From: Acutalibacteraceae bacterium
Lineage (GTDB): Bacteria; Bacillota; Clostridia; Christensenellales; CAG-138
Direction of reading: 5' to 3'
DNA length: 64,000 nt
NCBI GenBank assembly: GCA_963640685.1
Contig: CAVIAA010000002.1
Span: 9,079 to 73,078, forward strand
The notes beneath the pieces are model-generated. The model ran no database searches. It saw only the letters and a list, made by a program, of their open reading frames with translations, and was not told where the DNA came from. The position numbers and the translations under genes are program-made. Shown one piece after another: positions 18,940 to 27,672 of the stretch; the stretch's first letter is position 1; each line of letters starts with the position of its first letter.

Positions 18940-20273
18940 TGGATACGCCGATACTGGATTTCGTAAGAAAATACGGCGACAGCGGCTTTACTCGGTTCCA
19001 TATGCCGGGGCACAAGGGCAGTGGAGAAATGGGCTGCGAAAGGTGGGACGTTACCGAAATACACGGCGCGGATTCGCTGTATGAGGCGGAGGGCATAATC
19101 GCAAAAAGCGAGGAAAACGCGGCGAGGCTTTTCGGCTCCCGGCGGACATGCTATTCTACCGAGGGCTCAAGCCAGTGCATAAGGGCGATGCTCTACCTTG
19201 CCCTGAGCAGCAGGCCGAAGGGCAGCTCAAGGAGGGTCATAACGGCGCGCAACGTACACAGGAGCTTCGTATACGCTGCGGCATTGCTGGATATCGAGCC
19301 GGTTTGGCTTTGGCCGAAAAGCTGCGGTTCGCTCTGTACCTGCCGCATAACGGCAGAGGAGCTGGAAAAGGCCATCGCATCGGAGAAGGAACTGCCCGCG
19401 GCTGTGTATATTACGAGCCCGGATTATCTGGGCGAAACGGCGGATATTGCCGCCATGGCCGATGCCTGCCATAAAAACGGAACGCTGCTGATCGTGGATA
19501 ATGCACACGGCGCGTATCTTAAATTTCTGCCGGAATCCGCTCACCCGCTCGACCTTGGCGCGGATATGTGCTGCGACTCGGCGCACAAAACGCTGCCTGT
19601 GCTGACCGGCGGGGCGTATCTGCACATAAGCAGCGGCTTGAATGAGAAATATGCGGAGCAGGCCAAGGCGGCGCTGGCGCTGTTTGGCTCAACCAGCCCA
19701 TCTTACCTTATATTAGCATCATTGGACGCCTGCAACAGCCTTCTCGCGGGAGAATACCGGAAAAGGCTTGGCGCGTGGGTAAAAGAAATAAACGGCCTTA
19801 AGGAACGGCTGAGAGCTGCCGGCTGGGGAATTGCCGAAAGCGACCCGTTGCGCTTGGTAATAAAGGCGACGAAGCGGCACAGCGGCACGGCGATAGCGGC
19901 CATGCTCAGAGCTAACTGCATCGAGTGCGAATATGCAGACTCTGATTTTGCGGTGCTTATGACTACGCCTGATAATACGGCAGAGGATATAAAAAGGCTG
20001 GAGGCGGCGCTCGGGCGCTGCGCTGAAGCCGTGGCCAAACAGGTGCCGCTGCCGCAGGTAAGGGCAGAGCAGGTTGTTTCGGTGAGGGAGGCCTTTTTCC
20101 TGCCGCATGAAAAAATACCGATAAACAAAGCGGAGGGCCGGATATGCGGGGCGCCCGCTGTATCCTGCCCTCCGGCAATACCCATCGCGGTATCCGGCGA
20201 AAGGATAGGCCGCGAAGCAATAGCGCTGTTTAAACGGTATGGAATAAAAAGTGTTGAGGTCGTCAAGCCTTAA
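18939..20273 (+). CDS. Orn/Lys/Arg decarboxylase-family PLP-dependent enzyme (YaaO-like)
   Basis: MDTPILDFVRKYGDSGFTRFHMPGHKG, a SAHKTLP lysine motif region, and a C-terminal OKR_DC_1_C-like domain. The ATG overlaps the maturase TGA (ATGTGATGG). Confidence 0.8.
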   Translation: MDTPILDFVRKYGDSGFTRFHMPGHKGSGEMGCERWDVTEIHGADSLYEAEGIIAKSEENAARLFGSRRTCYSTEGSSQCIRAMLYLALSSRPKGSSRRVITARNVHRSFVYAAALLDIEPVWLWPKSCGSLCTCRITAEELEKAIASEKELPAAVYITSPDYLGETADIAAMADACHKNGTLLIVDNAHGAYLKFLPESAHPLDLGADMCCDSAHKTLPVLTGGAYLHISSGLNEKYAEQAKAALALFGSTSPSYLILASLDACNSLLAGEYRKRLGAWVKEINGLKERLRAAGWGIAESDPLRLVIKATKRHSGTAIAAMLRANCIECEYADSDFAVLMTTPDNTAEDIKRLEAALGRCAEAVAKQVPLPQVRAEQVVSVREAFFLPHEKIPINKAEGRICGAPAVSCPPAIPIAVSGERIGREAIALFKRYGIKSVEVVKP

Positions 20274-21618
20274 CAGGCTTGGCGGCGTGGATAGCGAGGC
20301 CTATTGCAAGCCCCAAAATGGCGGGCAGCAGCCAGCTGAGGCCGAGCTGAGCGAGCGGCAGGTGAAGGGTTATTGCGTTTACGGCATCCGTCAGCCTGAG
20401 TGCATCCAGCAGGCCGGAGGGAAGGCTGCGCACCAGATCGACCACGGCAAAGGGAAGGGTGAAGCCAATCGTCCAGCGGAACACCCGCCTGTCATAGCCA
20501 AAGAACCGCCCGAAGAGGGACAGCAGTATTATCGCTACCGCAAGGGGATACAGGAACATCAGCACAGGTATTGCGTAGGCAATTATCGCGCTAAGGCCAA
20601 CGTTCGCAAACAGGAAAGACGCGAAGCTGAATATTATCGCCCAAAGCTTGTAGTCAGGCCCATTCGGGAAGAGGGCGGAGAAGGTCTCGGCGCAGCTTGT
20701 AATAAGCCCTATCGCGGTCTTCAAGCAGGCAAGCGTAACGGTTATCGCCATTATTATGAGGCCGAGCCTGCCAAGAAAATGCTCCGCCGTATATGCAAGG
20801 GCGGTGCCGCCGTTGTCCGCAGCCTCCATTATGTTGCGGCTATCTGCGCCAACGAGGGTCACAAGCAGATATATGACCGCCATGAGCAGGCAACTGAATA
20901 TGCCAGAGCGGACGGTATTAGTGGCAATGTCCTCGGGTTCGTTTATCCCGAGACCCTTTATGACGTTAATTACGACTATGCCGAAGGCAAGGCTCGCCAG
21001 CGCGTCCATCGTATTGTAGCCCTCAAGAAAGCCGGTGAAGAAGGGCTGCGTTGCGTATGCACCCAGCGGTTCGATCTCGGAAATGCTTCCCTTTGAGCTG
21101 AACAGCACAACGACCGTGAGTATGCCCAAGAAGAGCAGGAAGAAGGGGTTGAGCAGCTTGCCTATCCAGACGAGTATTTTGCCGGGGCGGAGAACAAAGA
21201 ACAGCGCCGCAGCAAAGAACAGCAGCGAGAATATGAAAAGATAAATGCGGCTATCCGAAGGGAGAAGCTGTTCAAGGCCGACAGTGTAGGACACCGTTGC
21301 GCAGCGGGGAATGGCAAAGAAGGGGCCTATCGTAAGGTACAGCAGGCAGGTGAAGAACAGGCCGTATGGGCGGCTTACTCTGCTGCTGAGGTCGTATAGC
21401 CCGGTGCTGCGGCTTATGCCGAGGGCGGCCACGCCGAGCAGCGGAAGGCCAACGCCGGTAACTATAAAGCCTATGAGTGCGGGCCAGAGGTTGTAGCCGG
21501 CCTGCTGCCCCATGAACACGGGAAATATGAGGTTACCCGCGCCGAAGAACATTCCGAAGAGCATACTGGCAACGTAAACACTCTCCTTAAAGCTTAGCCT
21601 TTTCTTCATTTTTTTCAT
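20263..21618 (-). CDS. brnQ: Branched-chain amino acid transport system II carrier protein
   Basis: FGMFFGAGNLIFPVFMGQQAG N-terminal motif and a 12-TM LIVCS-family profile. Confidence 0.92.
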   Translation of the reverse strand: MKKMKKRLSFKESVYVASMLFGMFFGAGNLIFPVFMGQQAGYNLWPALIGFIVTGVGLPLLGVAALGISRSTGLYDLSSRVSRPYGLFFTCLLYLTIGPFFAIPRCATVSYTVGLEQLLPSDSRIYLFIFSLLFFAAALFFVLRPGKILVWIGKLLNPFFLLFLGILTVVVLFSSKGSISEIEPLGAYATQPFFTGFLEGYNTMDALASLAFGIVVINVIKGLGINEPEDIATNTVRSGIFSCLLMAVIYLLVTLVGADSRNIMEAADNGGTALAYTAEHFLGRLGLIIMAITVTLACLKTAIGLITSCAETFSALFPNGPDYKLWAIIFSFASFLFANVGLSAIIAYAIPVLMFLYPLAVAIILLSLFGRFFGYDRRVFRWTIGFTLPFAVVDLVRSLPSGLLDALRLTDAVNAITLHLPLAQLGLSWLLPAILGLAIGLAIHAAKPVKA

Positions 21619-21730
21619 CGCTCCTTTGTAAAACCGCCGATGGCGGAAAAATTAGTCGGACAAAGATATAATAAGAGACATGATATCACAATGAATACAA
21701 AAAAACAAGATATTGTTCGCCGAGCGCCAC

Positions 21731-21760
21731 TTGACAAAAAAGACGGGGTGCGGCTATACT
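21731..21760 (+). promoter_or_regulatory. Sigma-A type promoter candidate for the proline iminopeptidase gene
   Basis: TTGACA (21731-21736), 18-nt spacer, TATACT (21755-21760). Confidence 0.55.
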
Positions 21761-21841
21761 TTTTGTATGCTGAGATCGGTCAGCTGTCTAATCGCGTGAT
21801 GAATTATATATATTTCAGGTCGAAGAACGGAGCAGGGAAAA

Positions 21842-22723
21842 ATGAAGATAACAGAAGGCTATATGCCGTTTATGGGCAGGGAGACGTATTATAGGACTGT
21901 CGGCGAAAGAACGGAAAAGGCGCCGCTCATACTGCTGCACGGCGGCCCAGGGTCTACCCATAATTATTTTGAGGTGCTGGATGGGCTTGCCGAGGAGGAC
22001 GGGCGCATGCTGGTCATGTACGACCAGATAGGCTGCGGCAATTCATACCTTGATGGACACCCGGAGCTTTGGCGGGCGGAGACGTGGGTAAACGAGCTTG
22101 TTGCCCTGCGTGAGCATTTAGAGCTGGATACCTGCCATCTCCTCGGTCAGTCGTGGGGCGGTATGCTGCTGCTGACTTATATATGCGATCACGCTCACAG
22201 CGGGGTAAAGAGCTGCATACTTTCCAGCACACTGCCCGCGAGCAGCATGTGGGGCATAGAGCAGGCAAGGATGATAAGGGAGCTGCCCGAGGAATACCAG
22301 AATGCCATAAAAAAGGCTACCGAAACCGGCGATTATTCCGACGAGCTTTATCAGCGGGCGGAGGACGAGTATATGCTGCGCCACGCCGCAGGTGTGCCGA
22401 ACGAGAGCAGCCCGGAGTGCCTGAAAAGAAAAAAACGCTCCGGCCGCGAAAGCTACATAACAGCCTGGGGACCGAACGAATACACACCGACCGGAACGCT
22501 CAAGGACTACGACGTTACAGAAAAGCTGAAGGATATAAAGGAGCCATGCCTCGTCATAAACGGCGGCAACGACCTATGCACACCATATATAGCGAAATTT
22601 ATGTACGATAGGATACCTGATTCCAAATGGGAGCTTTTCAGGGATTGCAGGCATATGTGCTTTGCGGAGGATACGGAGCACTACAAGGCACTTATTAAGG
22701 ACTGGATGAACAAAAGGGATTAA
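21842..22723 (+). CDS. Proline iminopeptidase (alpha/beta hydrolase)
   Basis: LILLHGGPGSTHNYF and the nucleophile elbow GQSWGG are typical of proline-specific aminopeptidases. Confidence 0.85.
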   Translation: MKITEGYMPFMGRETYYRTVGERTEKAPLILLHGGPGSTHNYFEVLDGLAEEDGRMLVMYDQIGCGNSYLDGHPELWRAETWVNELVALREHLELDTCHLLGQSWGGMLLLTYICDHAHSGVKSCILSSTLPASSMWGIEQARMIRELPEEYQNAIKKATETGDYSDELYQRAEDEYMLRHAAGVPNESSPECLKRKKRSGRESYITAWGPNEYTPTGTLKDYDVTEKLKDIKEPCLVINGGNDLCTPYIAKFMYDRIPDSKWELFRDCRHMCFAEDTEHYKALIKDWMNKRD

Positions 22724-22827
22724 CCCCGTAAGAATTTGCACAAAGTGATGATAAAATCGTATTGTTAGGCCGGGCGCATTCCACTAAAATTTATATAATA
22801 TCAATGTATAAGCAGGGGGATTTTGCC

Positions 22828-23820
22828 ATGAAGACAATATTGGTGCTGGGCGGCGCCGGCTATATCGGCAGCCATACTGTGTATGAGCTTATGGACAACG
22901 GCTACGACGTAGCGGTTGTGGATAATCTTGAAACCGGATTTATAGAGGCGATACACCCCAAGGCAAGGTTTTACAAGGGAGATATAAGGGATAAAGGCTT
23001 TATAGACTCGGTATTCGAGCGGGAGCAGGTGGATGCCGTTATACACTTTGCCGCCAACTCTCAGGTCGGCGAGAGCATGGTAAAGCCGCTGAAGTACTAC
23101 GATAACAACGTGGGCGGAACGCGAACCATGCTTCAGTCCATGATAGAGCACGGGGTAAAGAATATAGTGTTTTCATCAACTGCGGCGACCTACGGCGAGC
23201 CGGAGCGGGTGCCGATAATGGAAAACGACAGCACAAAGCCCACAAATTGCTACGGCGAAACGAAGCTCGCTATGGAGCATATGTTCCATTGGGCGTCCGT
23301 TGCGCACGAGCTGCACTTTGTTGCCCTGCGCTATTTTAATGCCTGCGGGGCGCATCCAAACGGGCATATAGGCGAGGCACACGACCCGGAGACCCACCTG
23401 ATACCCATAGTGCTTCAGGTGCCTAACGGGCAGCGCGAATATGTCGGCGTATTCGGCGATGACTACGAAACGCGGGACGGCACCTGCGTAAGGGATTATA
23501 TCCATGTGAGCGACCTGGCCTCGGCCCATGTGCTTGCGGCGGAGTACCTGGTGTCCGGCGGGAAAAACGATGTTTTCAACCTCGGCAACGGCGTAGGCTT
23601 TACCGTAAAGGAGATAGTCGACGCGGCGGAAAAGGTTGTGGGCAGGCCGATACCGAGAAAGGTGATCCCAAGACGGGCAGGCGACCCCGCGCAGCTCGTA
23701 GCTTCCAGCGAAAAAGCAAAGAGGGTGCTCGGCTGGAAGCCGAAATACGACGATATAGATACCATAATTTCAACGGCATGGAGATGGCACAGCACTCATC
23801 CCCACGGATATAAGGCATAA
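22828..23820 (+). CDS. galE: UDP-glucose 4-epimerase
   Basis: MKTILVLGGAGYIGSH Rossmann motif, a YGETK catalytic motif, and the full-length GalE-like sequence. Confidence 0.92.
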   Translation: MKTILVLGGAGYIGSHTVYELMDNGYDVAVVDNLETGFIEAIHPKARFYKGDIRDKGFIDSVFEREQVDAVIHFAANSQVGESMVKPLKYYDNNVGGTRTMLQSMIEHGVKNIVFSSTAATYGEPERVPIMENDSTKPTNCYGETKLAMEHMFHWASVAHELHFVALRYFNACGAHPNGHIGEAHDPETHLIPIVLQVPNGQREYVGVFGDDYETRDGTCVRDYIHVSDLASAHVLAAEYLVSGGKNDVFNLGNGVGFTVKEIVDAAEKVVGRPIPRKVIPRRAGDPAQLVASSEKAKRVLGWKPKYDDIDTIISTAWRWHSTHPHGYKA

Positions 23821-23831
23821 GGGGTACATTT

Positions 23832-24953
23832 ATGGAAAGCAGCGAGATGATATATCACTTTTCCGCCCCGGGGAGGGTGGAAATAGGCGGCAACCATACC
23901 GACCACCAGCACGGAATGGTGCTTGCGGCGGCGGTAGACCTGACTACGAATGCATCGGTGCAAAAAAACGACGATGGCATTATAAGGGTATTATCGGAGG
24001 GCTATGATCCCGTTGAGGTGTATATATATGACCTTGAGCTGCATGAGGAAGAGCGAAACACTATGGCTGCCCTCGTGCGGGGCGTTGCGGCGGCGTTTGT
24101 GCAGCGCGGCTGCTGCCTGGGCGGCTTTGATGCTAAGGTAAATTCGACCGTGCTTACAGGCTCCGGCCTTTCCAGCTCCGCTGCCTTTGAGGTGCTTATG
24201 GGGCGTATAATCAACGGGCTGTTTTTTGAAAACAGGCTTTCACCGGTGGAAATAGCCCAAATAGGCCAGTATGCGGAGAACGTGTACTTCGGCAAGCCCT
24301 GCGGCCTGATGGATCAGACCGCTTCCAGCGTTGGCGGAATGGTGCTTATAGACTTTAAGGATACCTCCGCTCCGCAGGTGGAACGCATAGAATACGACTT
24401 TGGCGGCTGCGGGTATACCCTCTGCATTGTGGACAGCGGGGCGGATCACGCCGGCTTGACCGAGGAATACGCGGCGATACCAGAGGAGCTGCGTAAGGTA
24501 TCCGCCGTTTTCGGCAGGGAATACCTGCGGGATGTGGATGAGATGGAGTTTTATGCGAGGCTGCCGGAGGTAAGGGCTGCGGCGGGGGACAGAGCCGTCC
24601 TTCGGGCAATACACATTTTTGACGACGACCGGCGGGTAATGCAGCAGGCGGAGGCGCTCCGGTGCGGCCGCTTTGACAGCTTTCTTCGGCTGGTGAGTGA
24701 ATCTGGTGATTCCTCGTGGAAATACCTTCAAAACGTCGTGCTTTCCGGCGCAAGCGAGCATCAGAGCATGGCGTTTACAATAGCCCTCTGCAAAAAGCTG
24801 CTAAACGGCAGCGGCGCAGTAAGGGTGCACGGCGGCGGCTTTGCGGGCACGGTGCTTTGCTTCGTGCCAAACGGCGAGCTGGAGGCATTTAATACCGAGT
24901 TGGAGAAGACGCTCGGCAAGGGCTGCTGCCACCGGCTGAGCATAGCTGGATAA
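23832..24953 (+). CDS. galK: Galactokinase-family GHMP sugar kinase
   Basis: SAPGRVEIGGNHTDHQHG (a variant of the galactokinase signature) and the GHMP motif GSGLSSSAAFEV; adjacent to galE. Substrate is inferred from context. Confidence 0.75.
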   Translation: MESSEMIYHFSAPGRVEIGGNHTDHQHGMVLAAAVDLTTNASVQKNDDGIIRVLSEGYDPVEVYIYDLELHEEERNTMAALVRGVAAAFVQRGCCLGGFDAKVNSTVLTGSGLSSSAAFEVLMGRIINGLFFENRLSPVEIAQIGQYAENVYFGKPCGLMDQTASSVGGMVLIDFKDTSAPQVERIEYDFGGCGYTLCIVDSGADHAGLTEEYAAIPEELRKVSAVFGREYLRDVDEMEFYARLPEVRAAAGDRAVLRAIHIFDDDRRVMQQAEALRCGRFDSFLRLVSESGDSSWKYLQNVVLSGASEHQSMAFTIALCKKLLNGSGAVRVHGGGFAGTVLCFVPNGELEAFNTELEKTLGKGCCHRLSIAG

Positions 24954-24969
24954 GCACATTATAAACACA

Positions 24970-24996
24970 AAAAAGCCCGGGTTTCCCGGGCTTTTA
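24970..24996. terminator. Bidirectional rho-independent terminator between galK and mglC
   Basis: AAAAAA-GCCCGGG-TTT-CCCGGGC-TTTT, with A-run and T-run flanks, between convergent genes. Confidence 0.8.
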
Positions 24997-25011
24997 GCTT
25001 GTGCTGATTTT

Positions 25012-26088
25012 TTACTTTTTAACGAGGTACTTGCGCATATCCAGTGAGCAGGCGGCGAGGATTATCACGCCCTTTATGATGTACTGCAGGCTTGGGTCTA
25101 TGCCGAGCATTGAGAGCGCAACGAAGATTATACGCAGAACGAACACGCCAAGCACTATGCCGCTTATCTTGCCGGTGCCGCCGACGAAGGACACGCCGCC
25201 GATAACGCAGGCTGCGATCGCGTCACATTCGTAGTTGAGGCCGGCGCCCTGAGTTATGGAGCTTATGCGCGCGCCTTCAACAAAACCGGTAAAGCCGTAC
25301 ATCGCGCCCGCAAGGGTATGCACGAGTATGGTGGTCATGAATACGTTCACGCCCGATACCCTTGCAGCCTCTGCGTTGGAGCCGACGGCGAACATATTCT
25401 TGCCGAAGGTGGTCTTGTTCCATATGAACCACATGAGCACGACAAGAAGTATCGCATACAGCACATAGAACGGGAAGCTCATGTCGCCTATTTTGAGGAA
25501 GGGTGCGGAGACCACGCTCTTGTACTCATCGGACAGGCCGGAAACAGGCTGTCCGTTGTTGCCGTTCATCATGAAGAATATGAGGATAAGGCCGTAGGTT
25601 ATGAGCTGAGTGGCCAGCGTAACGATGAATGGATGCAGGCTGAACTTTGCAACAAAGAAGCCGTTCACAAAGCCGATTATCGCGCCGACGAGGACTACCA
25701 TGAGTATAACGGCGAGTATCCAGCCCGGTGTGACCTCAGGCAGGCTTTCAAACATCTTCCTTGCAAGGCCGGATTTTTGCAGCATTGCGCCGGCAATGGC
25801 GGCGGTCAAGCCAACGACGCGGCCGCCGGAAAGGTCGGTACCGGTGAGAACTATACAGCCTGCAATGCCGAGCGCCATGGGCAGCGAAGCCGCAGCAAGG
25901 GAGATTATGTTGGCTATTGAGCCGGGGCTTACAAAGTTCTTATTCTTTATTGCGGTATATATGATGAATATGAACATCAGTATATACAGCGCGTTGTTCA
26001 GAAAGCCGTCGATAAGAGCGCGGCGCCTGTCTGCAGCGTCCAGCGGCCTGCTGTTCTGAATGTTTGTGCTTTTAAATAGGTTCTTCAT
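25012..26088 (-). CDS. mglC: Galactose/methyl-galactoside-type sugar ABC transporter permease
   Basis: 358-aa BPD_transp_2-type permease (GTDLSGGRVVGL, VSFVGGTGKISG). Last gene of the mglBAC-like operon. Confidence 0.85.
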   Translation of the reverse strand: MKNLFKSTNIQNSRPLDAADRRRALIDGFLNNALYILMFIFIIYTAIKNKNFVSPGSIANIISLAAASLPMALGIAGCIVLTGTDLSGGRVVGLTAAIAGAMLQKSGLARKMFESLPEVTPGWILAVILMVVLVGAIIGFVNGFFVAKFSLHPFIVTLATQLITYGLILIFFMMNGNNGQPVSGLSDEYKSVVSAPFLKIGDMSFPFYVLYAILLVVLMWFIWNKTTFGKNMFAVGSNAEAARVSGVNVFMTTILVHTLAGAMYGFTGFVEGARISSITQGAGLNYECDAIAACVIGGVSFVGGTGKISGIVLGVFVLRIIFVALSMLGIDPSLQYIIKGVIILAACSLDMRKYLVKK

Positions 26089-26100
26089 GCTGCTGCCTCC

Positions 26101-27603
26101 TTATACATATTTAGCCGCCAGAGTCATTATCTCGTCCTGCGTTGCGGTTGCGGCATCCACCTCGCCCGCGAGGCGGCCGCCGGACATAACCAGTATCCTG
26201 TCGCATATGCCAAGCAGTTCAGGCATTTCTGAGGATACCATAAGCACGGTTTTGCCCTTGTTTGCAAGATCCAGAATGAGCTGGTATATCTCGTATTTCG
26301 CGCCGACATCGATGCCTCGCGTGGGCTCGTCCAGCAGCAGCACCTCAGGCTCTGTGAGCAGCCAGCGACCGATTATGACCTTCTGCTGGTTGCCGCCGGA
26401 AAGAGAGCGTATCTTTGTCTCCTGCGAGGGAGCCTTGGTGTGCATCGCGTCTATCGACCACTGGGTGTCCTTGCGCATCGATGCGCTGCTCAGGTAAATA
26501 CCGGCGCGAAGGTGCTTTTTAAGGCTGGAAATGACGGTGTTTTCCCGTATGTTGAGCACGGGGAATATGCCCGTTGCCCTGCGCTCCTCGGTAAGGAGGG
26601 AGAAGCCGTTTTTGATGGATTCCCGCGGGCTGCGGTTCAAACAGGGCTTGTTGTTCAGCGTTATGGTTCCGGATTTTCTCGTTGCGCTGCCGAATATGTT
26701 TTCAAGCGTCTCGGTCCTGCCGCTGCCGTCCAGCCCGGCAAAACCGACTATTTCGCCCTTTCGCGCCTCGAACGATACGTCGTTGAGCAGAGAATACTGC
26801 GCGGTGAGGTGCTCGACCTTGAGGAAAGGCTCGCCGGGCTTGTTGGTCTTTGGCGGGAACTGGTTGCTCAGCTCACGGCCTACCATCAGGCGGATTATGT
26901 CGTTTACCTCGAGCTTGTCTGCGGGCTGTGTGGTTATCAGTGCGCCGTCGCGCATTACCGTTATAACGTCGGATATGCGCTTGATCTCTGCCATCTTATG
27001 TGAAATATATATGATGCCGATGCCTCTGTCGCGAAGCATGTTTATTATCTTGAAAAGGTGCTCAACCTCTTCCTCGGTCAAGGAGGAGGTAGGCTCGTCA
27101 AAAACTATGACCTTGGAATTGTACGACACCGCCTTGGCTATTTCAACCATCTGGCGCTGTGAAACCGGCATTGTGCTCATTATCCTGCGCGGATCAACGT
27201 CAATGCCGAGCTCGTTAAATACCGCCATTGTGTCGCGGTACATCTTCTTTTCGTCAACCATCAGGCCGCCCATAACGGTTGGGTAGCGGCCCAGCCATAT
27301 GTTGTCCATTACCGAGCGCTTCAGCGCCTGGTTGAGTTCCTGATGAACCATGGCGACGCCGTTGTTCAGCGCCTCCTTGCTGCTTTTAAAGTCGACCTCT
27401 TTGCCTTCAAGGTAAATATGACCGCTGTCCTTGCTGTAAATACCGAAGAGGCATTTCATCAGCGTGGATTTTCCGGCGCCGTTTTCCCCCATCAGGGCAT
27501 GAACGGTGCCCCTGTCCAGTTCCAGAGAAACGTGGTCCAGAGCTCTTACGCCGGGAAACGTCTTGGTGATATCCGTCATTTTAAGCAGGACATCTTTTTC
27601 CAT
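26101..27603 (-). CDS. mglA: Sugar ABC transporter ATP-binding protein (duplicated ATPase)
   Basis: Two ABC cassettes: GENGAGKSTLMKCLFG in the first, and LSGGNQQKV, LLLDEPTRGID in the second. 500 aa, like MglA/RbsA. Confidence 0.9.
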   Translation of the reverse strand: MEKDVLLKMTDITKTFPGVRALDHVSLELDRGTVHALMGENGAGKSTLMKCLFGIYSKDSGHIYLEGKEVDFKSSKEALNNGVAMVHQELNQALKRSVMDNIWLGRYPTVMGGLMVDEKKMYRDTMAVFNELGIDVDPRRIMSTMPVSQRQMVEIAKAVSYNSKVIVFDEPTSSLTEEEVEHLFKIINMLRDRGIGIIYISHKMAEIKRISDVITVMRDGALITTQPADKLEVNDIIRLMVGRELSNQFPPKTNKPGEPFLKVEHLTAQYSLLNDVSFEARKGEIVGFAGLDGSGRTETLENIFGSATRKSGTITLNNKPCLNRSPRESIKNGFSLLTEERRATGIFPVLNIRENTVISSLKKHLRAGIYLSSASMRKDTQWSIDAMHTKAPSQETKIRSLSGGNQQKVIIGRWLLTEPEVLLLDEPTRGIDVGAKYEIYQLILDLANKGKTVLMVSSEMPELLGICDRILVMSGGRLAGEVDAATATQDEIMTLAAKYV

Positions 27604-27630
27604 AGCTTTCCCCTCCCGTGATATCGATTT

Positions 27631-27652
27631 AAGGGGGCATTGCTGCCCCCTT
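27631..27652 (-). other. Intercistronic GC-rich stem-loop between mglB and mglA
   Basis: 9-bp stem AAGGGGGCA / TGCCCCCTT with a 4-nt loop. On the coding (minus) strand it lacks a 3' U-run, so it is more likely a processing/stability hairpin than a full terminator. Confidence 0.5.
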
Positions 27653-27672
27653 ATTTTTGCCTGTTTATCGGA

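Noticed and set aside
21619-21700. A short hairpin (CCGCC-GAT-GGCGG) with a T-run just upstream of the brnQ RBS, considered as a T-box or attenuator leader for the branched-chain amino acid transporter.
   Set aside because: The stem is only 5 bp. No T-box conserved sequence or specifier-like structure is visible in the roughly 220-bp upstream region. There is not enough evidence to call a regulatory RNA.
21640-21894. An 84-aa ORF in the brnQ/pip intergenic region.
   Set aside because: It overlaps the pip promoter candidate and the true pip start in a different frame. It has no convincing RBS and no family resemblance.
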